Assembly (NCBI GenBank): GCA_036645795.1
Contig: JAVXNL010000004.1
Coordinates: forward strand, 1 to 48,075
From: Clostridia bacterium
GTDB taxonomy: Bacteria; Bacillota; Clostridia; TANB77; CAG-465
Length of the DNA: 48,075 bases
Direction: 5' to 3'
The notes below the pieces were generated by a model. It did no database searches. It saw only the letters and a program-made list of their open reading frames with translations, and was not told where the DNA came from. This document shows, piece by piece, positions 45,394 through 48,075 of this stretch (position 1 is its first letter; the number at the start of each line of letters is the position of its first letter). The position numbers and the translations under genes are program-made.

Positions 45394-45430
45394 AAAATAT
45401 CACTAGTTATAATTTAACTAGTGATATTTT
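45394..45430. terminator. Bidirectional terminator between convergent genes
   Basis: 15-bp perfect arms aaaatatcactagtt (45394-45408) / aactagtgatatttt (45416-45430) with a 7-nt loop. The A and T runs at the stem base serve both strands. Confidence 0.7.
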
Positions 45431-45471
45431 AACTGATTAGGATAAGTAGTAACATTTTTAGTTATTACTTA

Positions 45472-48075
45472 CTATTTTTCTAAGTTAATGCATCTTACAA
45501 ATTCCGTCGTAGATTTAGTCGTTGAATCTCCCAACTGTCCAAATTCGTTTTTACCGCACCCATACATTTGTCCATTGTCTTTAACATATATTGCATAGCC
45601 GTTTCCTGCTGCAATCTCTACTACTGAATCTATGTTAAGCTTTTGAGGTGTTGGATAGTTTTCTAAAACAGTATATCCATTTCCAAATTGTCCATTAGTA
45701 TTAGTTCCCCAAGCATATACCTCACCATTTTCTAAAAGACATAGTGTATAATTATATCCACATTTTATCTTTTTTACTTTTCCTGGAAGAGCTATTTTAG
45801 TAAAATCTGATACATAGTGACCTATTCCATTATATAAACTACTACCATAAGTATATATATCGCCTTTTCCATCTTTTAGATACGTTGACGTTCCGCCTAT
45901 GCCTCCATTAGATTGTAATAAATATATATCTTTTATACCTATATTGTTTATTTTTCCTTTAACAAGAGTAGGAACTTCAACTCTAGGACCATCTCCTTTA
46001 TATCCTGGTATATTTAAAAACTGCCCCCATAACTGTCCAAAGCAATATATATTACCATTTTTATCTATACTTATAGCCCCTCCATCACAAGCATATATAT
46101 TTCCTACATTATTTTGTATAAGTACAAAATCTTCTTTTTTGTCATTAGTCCCCCAACCGCCTGCTCCATAATTAACAGTTACACTCTCACCTCTTGAATA
46201 TAACTCGCCATTATTTAAAAGCATATATTCGTTTGAGGCTGTTACTATACTCTTTACTACATTTTTATATGTGTTTTTATCCTTTATCGATAGCCATAAT
46301 CTATACTCACCATCTATTAAGTGTATCTTCTTTCTAAAGCCATCTACATATTCAAATGTTTGATTTTTATTTACATCTCTTAATTCGCTTTGAATATTTT
46401 TACCTTTTGCAGTAATTACATTTTGATTAAATAAATATATTTTTTCGTTTTTATCTTTTAACATTAGCATTCCAAATCCACTAGATATATCTATAATATC
46501 TTTAGGCGCATCTACATCTTCTACTATACTAAAACTTGGAATTTCTTTTTCATCTGATTGTGCATAATATACTTTTGAATTACTAACAAATGCCAATTTT
46601 TTTAAAACAATTTCATTTTTTTCTATATCATATATGTTATAGCCCCTAGCAAACTTTTTGTCGCCTGCGGGTAAATTGTTAACCAGTACTTTTTCTGAAA
46701 TATATTCTAGTATTTTATCTGCTTCGTTATATACTTCTTTTGGAGTAATGTACATTTCTTTTGATTTAGTTTGACATAGTACTCCTCCACTCATATTAAA
46801 TTGTTCTACATTATCCATAAATCTAACAAAGGAATATTGGTCTTTTTTATCTCCGTTTCCAAGTTGTCCTATATGATTATATCCACAAACCCATAAAGTA
46901 TCATTTGCATCTAAAATACCACTCACTAAACTATTCATTTCAATACGTTTCAATGGGAATTTTATATCTGTATTCTTTTTCCATGCATCTGATATATTTT
47001 TAAATTCATTAGTTGGACTATAGTTAACATCTCCAAGTGAGCCAAGGCTGTTGGAACCCGATGCTATAACATCCCCACTGTCATATACTACAATCGTATA
47101 TCTTATATAATTATTTACTGACAATATTATATCTTTTACTCTCGCCCCATCTATTGCAGATATTTTAACAAATCCGTTATATTTATTAGTATTTTTAAGT
47201 CCAAATTCACCTTGTTCATTACTACCCGCGGCCCATACATTATTATTTGTATCAATAACAAAGGTATGCCTTGCCCCAGCAAAAAACTCTTTTACTTTTA
47301 TATCTTCAGGAAATGTAAGTTTTACAGGTTCTAATTGTAAATACTCATTTCCAAGGCCTAATTTATTATTCAAATTATCACCTATAGCATAGAGTTCTCC
47401 TTTATCATTTAACATATATGCCGTACCATGTGCTAATTTGTATTTTACAGTGTTTGGCACTAATTCATTTGGCTTAAATTCTTTCCAAGGTGATTTTAAC
47501 TCTTTTAGCTCAAGGTCTGTAGCACCGGAAATTTCATTTTTTTCACCTAGCGCTTTTACATGTCCAGTTTTATCTAATTTAAACGTATTATTTCCAACCG
47601 CAAATATCTTTGTTTCTCTATCATCATAGGCTGCTTCAATATTTTCTAATTCATATATATCTATTCCTAAAAGAGATACTGGCTTGTTAAATATCAAAGA
47701 AAAACCGCCATTTGGTTTCTTTAAAAAAAGTATATTATCTTTAAATTCTTTCGAACTTTTTATTTTTTCAGAATCTAGAATGTATACATCTTTCAAATTA
47801 ATATTATATATATCATATAGTCCGTTATACATATATTTAGACTGAAATTTTGCAATCAGTTTTTTAGCTTCAGTTGTTATATCTTCATATACTGGATTTA
47901 TAAAATCTCCTGCATTTTCTTTGCATGGATATAAAATATTTTGTGAGAGCATTTGAGATGTCATATATAAATTTGTTTCTTCTAAAATCACCTTTGCATC
48001 TGATACAAAAGCTGCTTTTTTTGCATTATTTATAGGATTATTTTTGTTAAGTGTAAGTATTACAGCTGCTGCAAG
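45472..48075 (-). CDS. RCC1-repeat (beta-propeller) surface protein with a prepilin-like N-terminus; 5' end lies beyond the window
   Basis: RCC1-type repeats are present (AAGSNEQGEFGLK, CGYNHIGQLGNGD, AWGTNTNGQFGNG, GCGKNEFGQLGDS). The frame stays open from 47991 to 48075 and there encodes LAAAVILTLNKNNPINNAKKAAFVSDAK, which is homologous to residues ~24-50 of the LRR protein (LAAAVILTLNKNNPLENANEATVKSDLK). The track's start at 47991 is therefore an internal GTG. Confidence 0.8.
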   Translation of the reverse strand, partial: LAAAVILTLNKNNPINNAKKAAFVSDAKVILEETNLYMTSQMLSQNILYPCKENAGDFINPVYEDITTEAKKLIAKFQSKYMYNGLYDIYNINLKDVYILDSEKIKSSKEFKDNILFLKKPNGGFSLIFNKPVSLLGIDIYELENIEAAYDDRETKIFAVGNNTFKLDKTGHVKALGEKNEISGATDLELKELKSPWKEFKPNELVPNTVKYKLAHGTAYMLNDKGELYAIGDNLNNKLGLGNEYLQLEPVKLTFPEDIKVKEFFAGARHTFVIDTNNNVWAAGSNEQGEFGLKNTNKYNGFVKISAIDGARVKDIILSVNNYIRYTIVVYDSGDVIASGSNSLGSLGDVNYSPTNEFKNISDAWKKNTDIKFPLKRIEMNSLVSGILDANDTLWVCGYNHIGQLGNGDKKDQYSFVRFMDNVEQFNMSGGVLCQTKSKEMYITPKEVYNEADKILEYISEKVLVNNLPAGDKKFARGYNIYDIEKNEIVLKKLAFVSNSKVYYAQSDEKEIPSFSIVEDVDAPKDIIDISSGFGMLMLKDKNEKIYLFNQNVITAKGKNIQSELRDVNKNQTFEYVDGFRKKIHLIDGEYRLWLSIKDKNTYKNVVKSIVTASNEYMLLNNGELYSRGESVTVNYGAGGWGTNDKKEDFVLIQNNVGNIYACDGGAISIDKNGNIYCFGQLWGQFLNIPGYKGDGPRVEVPTLVKGKINNIGIKDIYLLQSNGGIGGTSTYLKDGKGDIYTYGSSLYNGIGHYVSDFTKIALPGKVKKIKCGYNYTLCLLENGEVYAWGTNTNGQFGNGYTVLENYPTPQKLNIDSVVEIAAGNGYAIYVKDNGQMYGCGKNEFGQLGDSTTKSTTEFVRCINLEK

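Overview
Strongly AT-rich chromosomal segment that looks like an endospore-forming Firmicute of the class Clostridia. I saw no rRNA, tRNA, CRISPR array, transposase or integrase. Recognisable core genes are polC, an MreB/Mbl-family gene, the sporulation trio spoIID, spoIIQ-like M23 peptidase and spoIIID, a PBP5-type DD-carboxypeptidase, a BI-1/YccA membrane protein, a PF06541-like membrane protein and a YwbE-GNAT fusion. The rest is cell-surface biology. (1) 343-4920 encodes a sortase-anchored thioester-domain adhesin with 13 SpaA/Cna-B-type repeats. (2) Two large surface proteins, one BspA-type LRR (5109-7001) and one RCC1-repeat protein that runs off the window (45472 to beyond 48075), share a prepilin-like N-terminus. 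(3) An all-minus-strand accessory block of about 25.5 kb (15777-41268) lies between spoIID and the DD-carboxypeptidase gene. Its upstream half (27979-41174) is a divergent Tad-like (type IVc) filament locus: a CpaB-like SAF protein, two TadZ-like degenerate ParA proteins, a CpaF/TadA-like ATPase with an N-terminal membrane anchor, and a fused TadB/TadC platform. These are followed by short pilin-like proteins with a non-Flp leader motif and three large TadE-like pseudopilins carrying tandem dockerins, an ALK/LTK-type glycine-rich domain or an Ada-like zinc motif. Its downstream half (15777-27964) is a duplicated module of a membrane protein, a giant secreted protein of about 1200 aa and a small anchored protein. 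The N-terminal tips of the two giant proteins have diverged, and one of them is a thioester domain. Two genes in the block are interrupted by frame breaks that each need a +1 correction. All function calls come from motif recognition by eye. No database search was run.
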